A model generated the notes under the pieces. It was not told the origin of the DNA. It did not search any database and saw only the letters and a list, made by a program, of their open reading frames with translations. A stretch of DNA of 60,929 bases, counting the filler, from Gonapodya sp. JEL0774 (Eukaryota): the NCBI GenBank assembly GCA_027604505.1. It is 6 parts of 6 records of this genome, joined end to end, with 100 filler letters (N's around TTAATTAATTAA, not from the genome) between each part and the next. Parts side by side here need not be neighbours in the genome. Positions count along the whole stretch, not along the records: positions 10,219 to 20,318 come from JADIIX010000392.1; positions 20,419 to 30,510 come from JADIIX010000393.1; 4 more parts are not named here. One strand, written 5' to 3'. Shown one piece after another: positions 13,475 through 26,734 of the stretch. The stretch's first letter is position 1; each line of letters starts with the position of its first letter. A program made the translations under genes and the position numbers.

Positions 13475-13846
13475 CCTCTTGAGATTCAGGAATTATGCCG
13501 CTCAGCTCAATACCCAATATTTACCCCCGAGATCCATTGGCGAAAAGCGTTCTCTTTAAGACCCACAGAAATCAATGATTCTCTCTTGCCAAACCCCTCG
13601 AATACCTATTTCACTCAATTTGGTTTACTTATGCTTGCGTTGTCTGAGCATTCTGCTTTACTCTATCCAACCTTATCGAGGCATTAACGAAAGAGTGTCA
13701 TAGCGCTAAATATTAATGATGTAACCGTACAACATCTGCACTTTATGAATGTTGGGAGTGGAGTTTTCTTTATTTTCGCCTGAATTACTTGCGCAAAACA
13801 ATCCGGTGACGGGGCCAATTGCCGGCAGCCACATAATGCATTCCCA

Positions 13847-15987
13847 CTATTTGACAATTTTTCCAGCCATCTGTGTGAACCTATTTTCCTCCCAAGATGT
13901 ACCACCTGGAAGTTAACCGAGAAATAGATGTAATTCGGCCGCCACACTCAACTTTCGGCTTCGACAAGTACTCACCGAGGAAGTTGTGCGGAAACCCGAG
14001 ATCAAACTCGGAAACTTTCTTAATGGCCACCAGGTCGTCGGAGTCAAGTTTGACCTCAAGAGCGGCGATGTTCTCCTGCAGGTCGCGTGAGGAGTGTGAC
14101 CATTTGTTAATTCAACCAAAAGATATGTGTGTGTTATTATGCAGCTTGTCCATCTGTTAACCGAGAATCGTCGGAAGTCCTCACCTTTAGTTGAGCAAGT
14201 GTCCGCTGCCCGAGAAGCACAGTGTTGATTCCAGGTTGAGCGAGTGCCCAAGAGATGCATACTGTAGGTTATTCGAGCAGTAAACAAAACGTACTTCCGG
14301 TGTAGCTGGTAAGAGACTCAACACTCGTTACACACCTTGAGCCATTGTGCACCCATGCTTCTTGGCAACTCGTTCAACTTCCTCGGCGATATCGTAATCC
14401 TTGTCTGTCATGTTCACAGTCCGGTAGCCCTCCTCAACTTTCCCTTGTCCCCGCTTGTATTTCCCAGTATACTGTAAAAAATATGGTCGCCCGTTGATTT
14501 ATTGGATGGCGCACAGTGAATAGTTGTGATCGCTGTGCTAACTCGCCTTTCCCTGACCGACGACTCCCCATGGTGTGACGGACATGCCAAAGTGTTTGCA
14601 CATCGGCCTTTCAAAAGCGACCGAGGATTAAAGGGCGTGCAACAACACGTCAGGATGCACTCGGGTGGTTGCTCACATCACATCGCGTTCCAGATCTCTC
14701 AATCCCATGTTGTACTGATAACGGTTGAGAATACAGTTACTTGTGACTCGCAAAACAATGTTAGGAGGTTACTTCTACCAACTCACATGACCTTGGTATA
14801 AGACGAACGGTGTCCAACCCTTCTGTTCCGCGAGCATGTTCGCGGTCGCGACAACCCACGCTGGGGCGTCGGAGATGGCGGGGTAGAGGACTTTACCTTG
14901 CAGAACGAGGGAGTGGAAAGTAGACATAACTTCTTCAGGGGATGAGAGGTAGGTCCAATACTTTAGTGGTTGCGGTAGAGCAAATGAAATCAATCATTTC
15001 GCCGAATGAACAAGAACAAAGGAGTAACTAGAGAAGAAAACAGATCATGCAAGTCCTGCGTGACTTACGTGGATATAGTAGACATCAATGTAAGTGGTCT
15101 GAAGACGCTTTAAGCTGTTCAATTGTATATGACGTCAACATTTTAGTGAGCTCGCGAATAGCATTCCCGGGCACACCGCGAGACCCACCTCCGCTCCAAA
15201 CACAGAACCATGTTCTTTCTGGCATTCCCTTCGTTGTTCACATTGTTCACACCGTCCTTGACTAGCCCAGAGAACTTGGTCGCGATAACGAGACTATCTC
15301 GACAGTTGCGTGCCGCCATCATCTCGCCGAGCCAGGTCTCAGAATCACCGAGCTGATAGCTGCAATTAGAGGTTAGTTTGACTATCTGCGGTACGTCTGC
15401 AGAATACCTTCGATTGCGACTCACTTGACAGCGGTGTCTATGAAATTACCACCCATCTAGAATAAGAGGACATCCCGTCTATGAGGAACGGTACAATAGA
15501 GGGAAAAGAAACCGCTGCCGCGATACGGACCTCCACATAGTAGTCGAATATTTTGGCGGCTTCTTCCTTTGAACAAGTTCCGAGCGCCGATTCCCAGCCT
15601 TTGTGACAATACCCATCAAGTTATCCATCATCAAGTGAGAGAGTAAGAGAAATGTACCTTGTCCGAAATTCATTGCGCCTTTGGGATGACATTCGACGGG
15701 TAGGTGAGGGTACATCAAAAAGGGGGATTCATTATGTATGAACGTAGTTTCCGTCCCTCCGAGCTTCTCAGACTCTCACCAAGTGTGATCGGGCTGACCC
15801 TCACTGCAGCTTTCTCAGATAGCCTTCGATACTCTCCGAGCTTGGACTTCGCCTGCGATTGCGTGTTCCGAAGGGTGTACTTAAAAACGCATCTTGCAGG
15901 CAGCTTTGGACCCAATCAACTCACGGGTGGGTTGAAAAATGCGGACGCGAACGCATTCGGTGGTGGCGCTTGTGTGCTAGAGGACAT
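13847..15987 (-). CDS. Aldo-keto reductase, aryl-alcohol dehydrogenase (AAD/NorA)-like, many exons
   Basis: VRVSPITLG-AMNFG, GGNFIDTA, YQLGDSETWLG, RDSLVIATKF, LKRLQTTYIDVYYIH, QGKVLYPAISDAPAWVV, VTPWGVVGQG, FDLGFPHNFL. Confidence 0.92.
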
Positions 15988-16908
15988 CGTCGCTTGATTT
16001 GTTCTGAAAGTTGGTGCTATATGTCGGCAAATTGAAGTTCCAGATCCGATCACCAAGTGCAACCAGATTCTCGTAATTCAAATTCAGTAGATTCCACTCT
16101 CTCAAGTACATTACGGGGCTCAACCACTGTGCACGAATTGAGGGGAGTACTGATGGAGGTATGTATATTTCGATCTGGTACTATAACAACCAATGCCGTT
16201 CTGTAGATATGGTCCGTCTACCAACCCAAGGGATCACTTGGATGAACGAAACCACCCGTTCTGTTGTCTCGGACAAACAATTGCTGGCTCTTTTCATCCT
16301 GATCTGGTGTGTATTGTGCGACTGTGAAGTAGCACGCGGCCAAGCTAAGTGTGCACAAGTACTTTTTGATTATCACGAAGGACAGGCAGTCCTCACAAAG
16401 CTCAGGTCGAAATTACGTCATTTAGCCAATATGTGCTTGCTGCCCAAAGTAATAGGCCGTTCCAAAGCTGTGCCGAGCGGGTGTTGGAACGCGAATCCTC
16501 CTTGAGTCAATAGGAGCACAGAGCATTACCAGGAAGACAGCCCACTCATACACGTCTCAGGACAGTATAGGTAAATGCATTGTAAATCTGTACCGGGACG
16601 TCCCAAAACTTCTTGAACCTCGAGTTTTGAAGATCGGCAACGGTTGCCACGTCCCGTATGACACGTGACTCGGACCGTTTGTGTGACCGACCACCAGGCG
16701 GACCGCAAATTGACGAAAGAAGCAAAGCAAACAAACTCGAGACGAGAAATCAGAAGACTCCAAACTATTTCAATCTGGCCTCTGAGTTTTTTTCTCTCCA
16801 AGGACATTACGCTTTCTCGTCATCCTGAGTCACTATCACGGAACAAGTCAGGAGCCTGCAACCCCACTCAGCTTTCGTTTCCCCACATTCCCCTTTACCT
16901 GTGATTCA

Positions 16909-18707
16909 ATGTACGCTCCAAACCTTCCTGCCCTACCAATGCATCCTGCTCTACCTCAACCTCACGCATCGGCGTCGGCGTCTTCGCTGGCTATTCCAGC
17001 GAGACATTCAGCTACACTTGCAGAATCGATCAACGGACCTTCTCGGGTGCTTTCAGCCCAAGCCGGACAGGTCTGGGACCATGTACAAAACGCTGCTCGT
17101 GTAGTCTACGAAGCGTTTCCCAGACCTGATGCCGAGGAGCTAAAGGACTCGATGAAAAGTTTTGGGGTCGGCAGTGTTGCGGGCGCTTTGGGCGCGTTTT
17201 CAGTTTTCCCTCTAGGTGAGTCCCACCAACCCATGGAAGTTTCAATCTCCATGTGATTGGAAGCTGCACGGGTCGTTAAAAATGCTGGGGCAGACAGGAG
17301 AAGGTCCATCATCTGCGAATTTGAACAGGCCGACCATATATTTCAGGAAATATCCATGAAAACATATGTGAAGCCAGCGTGGACGCCAGAATGCTACAGC
17401 CTCTCACTTCTAAGATGCTAGTGTGAGCGGGGGGGTTTGACTTCAAGCATCTCTACGAGTGCGGGCCGCGTGTCCCGTCATTCACCCGACTGTGAATCAC
17501 CTGCGGATGAGACTTCCGCTTTGAGCTGGTCCTTCACTGAATGGAATGCTCAAGTCTGCAAGTTGGAATTTGTCCTGTCGGAACATTATTGACATTCCAT
17601 CTTCTTGCAACTTTAACTGCAGATGTTGCCAAAACCCGAATGCAGATGCAACGATTCACCACCACTCCAGGTGGTACGCTGGTCGAGGCGGCACGGTACG
17701 AAAGCATAGCTGACTGCTTTAAACAGATTTATCGTCAGGGCGGGATCCGGGCGCTCTATTCTGGGTGAGTTGGCTTGTGCAAACTCCGGGTGAATATTCG
17801 TTCGTTCACCCTCTTCTAACCTATCAAACTAGGCTCACCCCCCAGCTCCTCGGAGTCGCACCCGAACAAGCGGTGAAGCTGACAGTCAACCGCCGCCTCC
17901 GAGCCTACATCCACAACCACCTCCCGTCCTCCTCCGACCACCCGTCCCACTTGCCACCTCCAATCCTCCCGCTCCACCTCGAACTCGCTTCAGGCGCTGT
18001 CGCTGGTCTCGCTCAGTCAGTTTTCACCCAACCACTCGAGATTGTCAAGATCAAACTCCAGACTCACGGGGCACTGTTGAAGACCAGTCCACCCTACAAA
18101 CCTGTGTCGACATACGAGGTGGTGCGAAATATCGGAGGTTTTAAGGGTCTGTATACTGGATTTAGGGCGTGTGCGGCGAGAGATGTCGCTTTCAACGGGT
18201 TGTATTTCCCAGTCTACGTGAGTAGTCAACTTTCTGCCATGGCCGGCGTGGGCTTTCCCAGGCATGTTCATGCGTACACCAACACGCTCCTGTCCCGTTC
18301 AGTTCTCCATCAAGCACCACATCTTCCACGAACACCGACCCACCTTCGACCCTTCCAACGGCACGACCTCCCACTACAAACTCCCCTGGTACGAACTCCT
18401 CCTCTCCGGCTGCCTGGCTGGTATCCCTGCCTCATGGATCGTCACACCGCTCGACGTTGTCAAAACCCGCCTCCAAGCTGCCGACCCGAGGCACCCATTA
18501 CCCGCCGCCGCCGTGTCGTCATCGACGCAAGTGTGGGGGAAAGGGCTCGCAGGGGAAATGTGGAGAATATACTGCAATGAAGGGGTCCGAGCCTTGTGGA
18601 AAGGTGGTCTGATGAGGGTGGCGAGGACGGCGCCGCAGACTGGTGTGACGTTGGCTGTGTGGGAAATTGTCGGTGGTTGGATTATGGGCGATGAGGTGGA
18701 GGAATAA
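16909..18707 (+). CDS. Mitochondrial carrier (SLC25), aspartate/glutamate carrier AGC1-like, no EF-hands
   Basis: Three Px[DE]xxKx[RK] motifs (FPL|DVAKTRMQ, QPLEIVKIKLQ, TPLDVVKTRLQ), plus LTPQLLGVAPEQAVKLTVN and ALWKGGLMRVARTAPQTGVTL. Confidence 0.9.
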
Positions 18708-18929
18708 GGCCACCATGGCTATCAGAGTTTGGAGAGCCGGGAGGGATGGAAGGAACTGGTGGACTCGCCAGTGAATTTGTTGGTGGTTGACGGATTTCAC
18801 ACGTACATCATACTGGCTACTGAGCAGAGTTGAGCTTGCGATACCCATTTCAGATACATTAGATATTGTGATGTACTTTTCGTAACAGTATTACGCGAAC
18901 GGTTACATGTGAATTCGTGCCAGTTTGTG

Positions 18930-19192
18930 CATCAAGCCGACTGCTTGATCTGGGTCAAATCCATAAGGGGGCACTTGGATCGCTGTCGTAATTTGAATAA
19001 AGGAACGATTCTAGAGATGAGCGTTTTACTACTCACTCGCGAAGTAAAACAGCATCACAGATTCTGAATTTCCGTCCGAAACGGAACGCCAGTCTACGCA
19101 TCAAGCCTGCTTGATCTGGGGTCAAATCCTTAATGGGACGACTTGAATCGCTGTTATAGTCCGAATAAAGGAACGATTCTAGTGATGGGTGA
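18930..19192. repeat. Imperfect direct duplication of about 95 bp (about 18930-19023 vs 19099-19192)
   Basis: catcaagcc..tgcttgatctgggtcaaatcc...gaataaaggaacgattctag occurs twice. Confidence 0.85.
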
Positions 19193-20318
19193 GTGACCAG
19201 GGAGTGAACAGCATCTGATGAAAAATCAGAACCATCCACACCAGCGCACTGTTCAACAATGAGTTACGAAGAGCCGGAAGAGACTCCACTCGATAAACAA
19301 TGTTGGTCCACTCAAGACCACTAATGGCAAGCGTGCGAAGACTTTTGCAATTGTGTACTAATGAAGCAATAACATCCCTGTCGATGCTATGGAAGTTGAT
19401 CAACCAAAGATAAGTCAGGTGGGGGTTGTGGAGGAATAAAGTTGAAAATCCTGGAAGGATAGTGTCCAAGCCTTGTAGTTTACTCCATCTGACCACAACT
19501 TGAGTGCTGAGAGGTTCCGGATGGTGCTAGCTAAAGTCCGGAACACAAACGGTAATGTATCCGCATCTTGATCAGCTTCTTCACCAGTGATCATTGGCAA
19601 CAAAAGGTACAATTTAGTGAGAGACTGGCATTGCCGAGAAATGTGGTCTGTGAGTTGGAGAGCATTCTCACGTGACATATCAAAGCTGAGATCAATAAAT
19701 AGAGTCCGCAAGCCACTCCATTAGAACGGCAATCCGCAACCGTCATCGTGAACGTCACTGCTATGAATGGAAAAATCCCCGTCTATCTTCAAATGTCTTA
19801 CATTCTAGAAGGGAGTGAGCACGTGGGTGAGATTCACGCGCATTTCGAGTTCCAGTTCAGGACTATGCTCCTGATCATCTAACGAGAAAACTTGAAACAG
19901 CGTCCATGCTTTGAGTTGCGTTGCGGACAATGCTAGTGGGGTGCCACTAATGTCTGTGAACAGTCGGCGTGGGTTGCTAAAGTGCTGATAAGTGTGCCCG
20001 AATCTAGTAGTCTGTGTTCGGAGCCAGAGGTACTGACGCTGCACAAGAAAGCTCTGCTCGTCCATGTCAAAAAGACGTCTTCTGGGCCATGTAACATCGA
20101 GTTCGGCGAGATTTTTTAAGCTTGTGCGAATGTTTTCGGTTGCTGGGAAGAAACCCAAACCGACTCTATCCCATACAGATTCTTCGAAACGATCCGATTT
20201 GATTACCAAGGACTGGACTTCCCTGAGCTCGGGTTCTAGGAGACGGGGATCGCGTACGGAGTCAGTGACTACCGTTTGAATACGATGCGGAAAGGCTATT
20301 CGTGACTGCTGAAGCGTT
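19033..20318 (-). pseudogene. Degraded LRR/RNI-like (F-box-LRR type) gene with frameshifts and stops
   Basis: Consecutive ORFs 19805-20209, 19415-19711, 19179-19496 and 19033-19239 carry LxxLxL motifs (CQSLTKLYL, NPHLTYLWL, CKSLRTLAI). The last three overlap in different frames with no splice sites I could find. Confidence 0.5.
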
Positions 20319-20418
20319 NNNNNNNNNNNNNNNNNNNNNNNNNNNNNNNNNNNNNNNNNNNNTTAATTAATTAANNNNNNNNNNNNNNNNNNNNNNNNNN
20401 NNNNNNNNNNNNNNNNNN
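20319..20418. other. Artificial contig linker
   Basis: N44-TTAATTAATTAA-N44. Confidence 0.99.
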
Positions 20419-21291
20419 CGGCAACTGTGTGGAAGGATGCTAATGAACTGATTGCTACTGTACGGACTTGAGATGCGTCAAACAAGCAGATACAATCCGC
20501 GCTGGACGTGGATTGCACAAAAAAAGTGTTGGCAAATGATTTTGTGGACTCCACTCATGGTGACGATCATTTTCCTACCAGGAAACTGAAACAGCCCTCC
20601 TAATGTCAAAATCGCGGAAAGAACTGGCGTACATATTTAGATTGACCGAACTGTTGCAATATTGTGTCCCCGCGTATTTAAATACTGTCACAATCCTTCT
20701 CCTTTTCGATTCTGCAATTCAGTTTGCGAGAACTATTTATCCACTTCGCCGTTATAAAATCAGGTACGCTCATGTGTTCTAATGCTGCCGTCAGTCTCGC
20801 TTTTGCCCCTTCTGACTTCTGCTCTAGGGCTCATTTGCATCATCGTAGTTGGGAACTTGAGATAAACAAGGTGAAAGAGAATCAGTTCTTCTTTCACGTT
20901 CTATTTTCCCCCGTCTCCGTCCACTGGTGAGAATCCTCTCTCTCTCAATATTTTTCCTTAAAGTAATGAGTTCAATGTGAATATTGTCGAAGTCGTTATT
21001 CAAGTTACCTCGTCGGAGTTCCACGTAAACGTGCGACTAGCACCCAAGCGCAGCTAATTAATGTAAACGAATTAATAAGGTTGCATTTTTGTACTTCATG
21101 CGTGTGTCTTGTTTCTGGGCGGTTGTTGGAAGTTGACTCATAGGTCTGGTCGTGGGCTGAGCTTTTCCACTCCCATTCCTGCGAAATCCGTTTCCCCAGT
21201 TCACAGTGAGTCTTGCAATTGAGTTGGAATAGATACTCGAACACGCTCATCTTCATTTTTGATCTTAATGACACCTCCACCGGTTGCAGAC

Positions 21292-23156
21292 ATGGCTTCG
21301 CGGGCTCTTCTTCAAGCGAGCAGAACACAGGTGAGGACACCCAAAGGATAAATCAAGTGCTCTTCATCGTGGATTACCACTCGTAGAGGAGAAATCGGGA
21401 TCTGGTGGCCTGGCCTGGTTGATGTCAATGGAATTTGACTCTTAGAGTGGCTGGACTTCTGAGCGGGACAGAGAAAACCAAGCAGAGCCCGCCACGGAGG
21501 TCTCTTGAACAGCATTGTTTGATTTAATGAAAAACAGGCCCACCTCATATCTTCTTGTACTTGCGAGCCAACTCCTTGGGCCCAATGTCGTCCTGTTTCT
21601 CAGTTTGGTGCAGTCCTCACTCTCCCCCTTCTCCTTTCAAATGTCTCGGTCAACCAGCTCCTCCGCCCCCTCACCCGTACCTACTCCACTGCGGTATCTG
21701 TTTCCTCTTCGCCCATCGTCCCATTTGTTGACGGTATTCCAGCGGAGCAGGCTCGGGAAATCACTGAGGAGGAGGCGAAGTGGACTTTCTGGAGCACGAG
21801 CGAATTCGGAAAGGTGGATGCTGGCGGGGTAAGTTAAAAAGAGAGTAGTGAAGCGTGGGGATGGTGAAATCGGAGTGGTTGGGTGCCTTATGTGGGAAAG
21901 TCATGGAATTGAAGCGTACATGGCGGCGATGGAAGACAAAAGCGAATGCAAGATCGCTTTATGTCTCCAAGACGTTGGCATCTATGCGTTCTGAGAGGAT
22001 CTCCCTGTTGACTCAGAAGGAGTGCCTGTTGTTGGGACAGGAGAAGTGTCACTCCCAAGTTTTGTCGCGGACAACAATCCACGTGCTCCGTGTTGCGCAA
22101 GGTTGAATAGCAGAGACTCTCCGAGTTCTCGACGCAGATGACGAAGTGACATCTGTGCCGATCTTGCTCATCTGCAAGTTCAGAATTGACTAACCTTTAT
22201 TTTCTCTACACCCCCTCCTCGCTGCTTCTCTCCTCCTTACTTCTTTCCTCCCCTCCGTCGTCATATTACCAACTTTATTACCCATTTTTACCAGCTCCTC
22301 GAAGTCGTCCCCCCGAACCAGCAATGGATTACTTCTTCAGGTTCTGTGCTCACCCCTGGGCTTAAACTCTACACCGGCACAGTAAAAGCCATCCGCGCTC
22401 TTGATGGGGCTACAATTGGTGTACTGGCTAGGGGAACCAAGTCCGCAGGTGAGTTCGGTAGATTTTTTTGGGAGTGCTTAAAATGTTCCGGCAACACCAA
22501 CACTTCCTACTCCCCATCCTCGAGATGGTTCCGTGGACGCCTACGCCGTACTCTACACTGAGTACCTCGATGTTGCTAAGACCGTTGCTGGTGACGGTGG
22601 AAAGGACGGAGAGGTGCTGTTGGCTAATGCCGCATCTAGCGCGCTGGCAGGGGCAGTCAAGAGCATTAGCACCGCGCAGGGGTTGAGCGAGGCAGATAAA
22701 AAGGCGGTGGGTGTGGGGCTTCGCAGTTTGGATTTCAGAGCAGGATTGACGGGCAAAACTCCTCACCCCGGTCAGATTTCTGCTAAACTCTCCGAGTCTC
22801 TCTCATCGGTGGCGTCCACATATGGCCTCAAGATCACGTCTGTGGATGTTAGGGCTGCCTGGCCAACCTCACTCGATGTCCCAAGCAAGCTCGTCTCGCT
22901 CGAGCCAGCTCCCAAGGCGGCATGGGACCGCACGCATGGTCTCAAGGCAGACTACTGGGCCGACAAACTCTCACCCAACTTCTTCACAAAGTTTAAGTTT
23001 GGAAACGCCCGAGAACCCGAAGTGGTTGCTACACCCTCTGTTGAGTGGAACTTACCCAGCCCGCCCGAGACTCACCACTTCCATGGCCAGGTGCCCAAGA
23101 TGACAGTGTCAGCTGAGGATGCAGGCATTGTTGTGAAAGCAGCTGGAGCGCATTAA
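21292..23156 (+). CDS. Divergent SPFH/band-7 (stomatin-like) protein with a probable mitochondrial targeting peptide
   Basis: Spliced MASRALLQASRTQ|LLRPLTRTYST...|LLEVVPPNQQWIT..VLTPGL..|DGSVDAYAVLY...LANAASSALAGAV...YGLKITSVDVR follows the order of SPFH motifs. Confidence 0.6.
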
Positions 23157-23813
23157 AGGTTTCTGAATGTTGGGGAGTTGGGCACTTGTCCTGCAGCAAG
23201 TGACGTACCTCGTATAGAAACTTTAGGTGTGTTAGTCGAGGAGGGTCGAGGCGAATGTAATGGCGTCAATGATTGTGGTTCGCATTTTGTTGAGGGGACA
23301 GCTCAAAGGGATCTCAGCGTGGACCATTCAATTTTCATTATAGAAATACTCGACAGTTAGAGAGTAAGCCCTGAACTATTGGAATGGCTTTGCACCCGTA
23401 AAAGAGTAGGAGAGGCGCTCAAATTGGAATGGGGGCTAACGCGGGAAAAAAGAAAAGCCGTTGGAATAAAATGATCTGTAATTTGAAAAAGGGTAGGCAT
23501 AACTGCTGAAGGAAAAATCAGAAGGCACCGCTCACATTTTCGACTGACAGAGGACAAGCACAGGGTGTCGTGAAGAGCTACACCTAGATTACTCGGCTCT
23601 GCTTGCGCTCTCTGCAGCGTTTCCCGCGAGCGAGCGAGGTGCCTCGATTACCATCACACAACCTTCTTCCAGTGAGTGGCTCTTTCTGGGCAGACTTTTG
23701 AGCTCCAAGGTTTCTTACCGTTTATTTTTTTGACGACCATGTCTGTAACTTGATGTTCTTGGATGCCGCTTGTTCTTCCTCGCACCGTACCTCGAAACCT
23801 CTCTTCATCAAAG

Positions 23814-25191
23814 ATGAACACTCACTTACCGCTTTTTGCTCCATTGTCTTTAGCGAACAGCTTTTTGGGAGATGACGCTGAGAGCTCCCCAAGCTCCCCT
23901 TGGGCTGACAGTTTAGGTGGGCGGGCTGTTCTTCCTTTATATTTGTCGGGAACACTCTTCAACCTCGAACCCATTATGTGCTGCCTATGTGTATTGTGAT
24001 CATTCTTCGGCATCTCTGAATCGTTGCTGCATTTCGTCCTCATCCCATCAGACTTTTCATTTGCTGACACTGATAATCTCTCTCATGCACTGCCCGATGA
24101 TCCCATGGAAATTTTCTCTCGTTCTACCACGTCGTCTGATGCCTCCGAACAGCATTTTTCCTCTGATCTCGCGATCCCTAACCTCCCATGCACCACACCG
24201 TCTAATCGTCGTCCATTATCGCCCCGAAAACGCCACGCTCCCGCTCTCCCATACCTCCCTACCGCGTTTAAGTCACCTCACGGCGGTCTCACCCCTCGGC
24301 GCCGTACAGAATTGCTCAGTTTGCCAAACGAGGTGCTATTGTCAGTTGTCTCGAATTTGCCTGCACGCGATATGGCACAAGCGAGACGGCTGTCGCGCAG
24401 GATAAAGTACTTGGCAGAGGTACCTCTGTCAGCGTGGGCTGTAGAAAGGGTGCAAAGGTTGAAGGGCGAAGTGAAAGAGGTCAGTGGTGATCGCCGTGCT
24501 CTGCAAAACTAATATGGGTTTACGTTGCATCCTTTCGGATCGTGCTTTCCCTGTTACCACCTTTCATCAGGCGCGCTCGCACCTCACTTCTGTTCGGCAC
24601 CGCAAGCTCCCCCTGCTCCGCCACTACCGGGCCTTCCTGACCAACCCCACTTCCACCGAACTCTCGGAACTCGCGTCTCACCCCAACCCTCCTTCCGAAC
24701 TGCGGATAGTTGCAGCATGCCTTCTGGGCCTTCACGGATCCTTACCCACCACAACAACCACGCCTTCTTCTACAGCAGCTACGGAATTGCCATGGCCATT
24801 GCTCCGACGTGCTTTGCTCGCACCCAACTTCCGCCGCTGGCTGCGTTCTTTGCCAACAATTGTGGACTCCATACCAAGCTCTCGTGTTGCGCTTGTGGAC
24901 TCGATTATTGTCGTCACGTCGCTTACGTACGAACGCGCACGGGCATCGTCTATTGCGGCATATAGGCTACTGATTGTGGTCGCCGCGGCGCTGCAAGTGA
25001 AGCACCTGGGACAGGAGGTGGACGAGGCAGGTGGCAGGGTGGAGAGGGCGAGGAGTAGGTGGGGGGTCGGTAGGAGTTTTGCCGGTTATCTAGGTGTGGA
25101 AGTGCAGGGTGGAGATATGGCGGAGGAGGAGGACGAGGAAGGCGAGGCAGCAGAAGGCGAGGAGGCGACAGCAAGTGCCGCTGCTGCATAG
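23814..25191 (+). CDS. F-box protein with coiled coil and a dynein heavy-chain stalk/MTBD-like domain
   Basis: F-box LLSLPNEVLLSVVSNLPARDMAQARRLSRRIKYLA at about 24310-24420. Intron at about 24480-24570. Then ELSELASHPNPPSELRIVAACLLGL...W..LRRALLAPNF...LTYERARASSIAAYRLLIVV, and an acidic tail. Confidence 0.65.
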
Positions 25192-25744
25192 GGTTGCATC
25201 TGAATAGAACTGGCTTATGGGTTTTCATTTGGATTGTTCGGGACGAGTTATTTGGTAGAGGGTGAAGTGAACTATGAACTCTGTGGCGGAAGTGACAGTG
25301 AGTGACAAGAGGTTTGCTGTGCGACACATGTTAACGAGTGTGTTCGAGAGAATTTTGAATATCTGAAGTCCGAGGGCACATCGCGCAGAGTGATTCTAGC
25401 CTGCATTCTGTATACGCACATATAGCAATTTAAAGGGTTAGCTCTCCACAGAACGGTCACTTATTGTCGCGGCAACTAGACAAGTTTCTCTTCGGCGGTG
25501 AATGCCGCGGCGAGCAACCCGAAGAGTCACGTTTTATCGCAATCTCTCCACCCTCTTATATAACAGGGCCGGAGCAGCAAATCAGTGACCAGAATGCTTT
25601 GATACGTTCCTAAATTGATTTCGGTGCCTGCGAAAGCGTAATTCCTGTGTTGCTGAGAGCTTTACAAGAGTGACACATGTAACAATAATTGACGTATGCA
25701 GTACAAACAATTATTTGTGGATTGGGAGACTAATGCATGGAACA

Positions 25745-26734
25745 TTAGACAAAGACAGTCCCATCCGGCGACTTCTTCGCCTGTCTTGCAAGGTCATCGT
25801 GCTGGTGAATGTCGAGACTATCCCAGGGATAGAAGACTAAATGCAAGGCATGTGAGCGAGTGAGAAGTCATAGACTCGAATGAATCGACACGCCGCACTC
25901 ACCCCAAACATCTGGAACCTCAATGCACGCAAAGTACTCAGCCCTCTTCACCTCTGCTCTCTTTGGCTTCACCTTGTTGTGTATCACAAAGGTCTTCACG
26001 ACAGTACCATGATCCGCAACACCATTTGGAACACTGGATTGGGCCTTTGTAGTAGCCTGCTCGTCTACGTCCTTCCAAAGTTCCCTGACAGCGAACGATA
26101 AAGTTGCCCGTGTATCATCAATTTCGTCCACAATCAAAATGTTCTTCCCTACGAGGTCGATATAGGAATGGTAGTTCGGATTGGTAGCGTTAATCCATTG
26201 GATTTTGGAGACATGTGTGCCAATAACATCGTCCACTCCCGTGTTGCTCATGTCTTTGTTCGGAGAGTAAAGAAACATGGGTGGAGAAGTGAGTGTTAAG
26301 GAGTGTGACAAGTTTTCGACCACTATATGCAAAAGAGATCATTACCTTCGTATAGATTGAGAGTAATAGCGTACATAGGAATCGTCTTCTTCAACAACCT
26401 CTTGTAGAACGAGCGTAAGATGCGGGCAGGCCTGAGTGTTCAGGAGCATCAAGAACCCATTCCGTGGAGCTCCTGCAAAACCATCAGGCGCAAGCTCACA
26501 GAAATCCACCAGTTCCTATTGCAATAATGTAGTCTGGTGTGAAATTCGCCGAGAACGCGGGGAAAGCGTCGTGAATCGCCTGAGAAAATAGTGATTCATT
26601 ACGATGCTCTTCAACAGAAGCCGGAAGGATTCCACCCCGGCTATGCCACATCTTCCTCCAACCTCGTGAATGTCATTGTAAGCGACGATGAACTTGGGGA
26701 TTTTGGGGCTATGATTGTTCGGTTCTGCTGACAT
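25745..26734 (-). CDS. Xanthine/hypoxanthine-guanine phosphoribosyltransferase, yeast XPT1/HPT1 type
   Basis: YNDIH, PDYIIAIGTGGF-PARILRSF, PRPP loop ILIVDEIDDTRATL, FVIHNKVKPK, VPDVW-VFYPWD. Confidence 0.93.
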
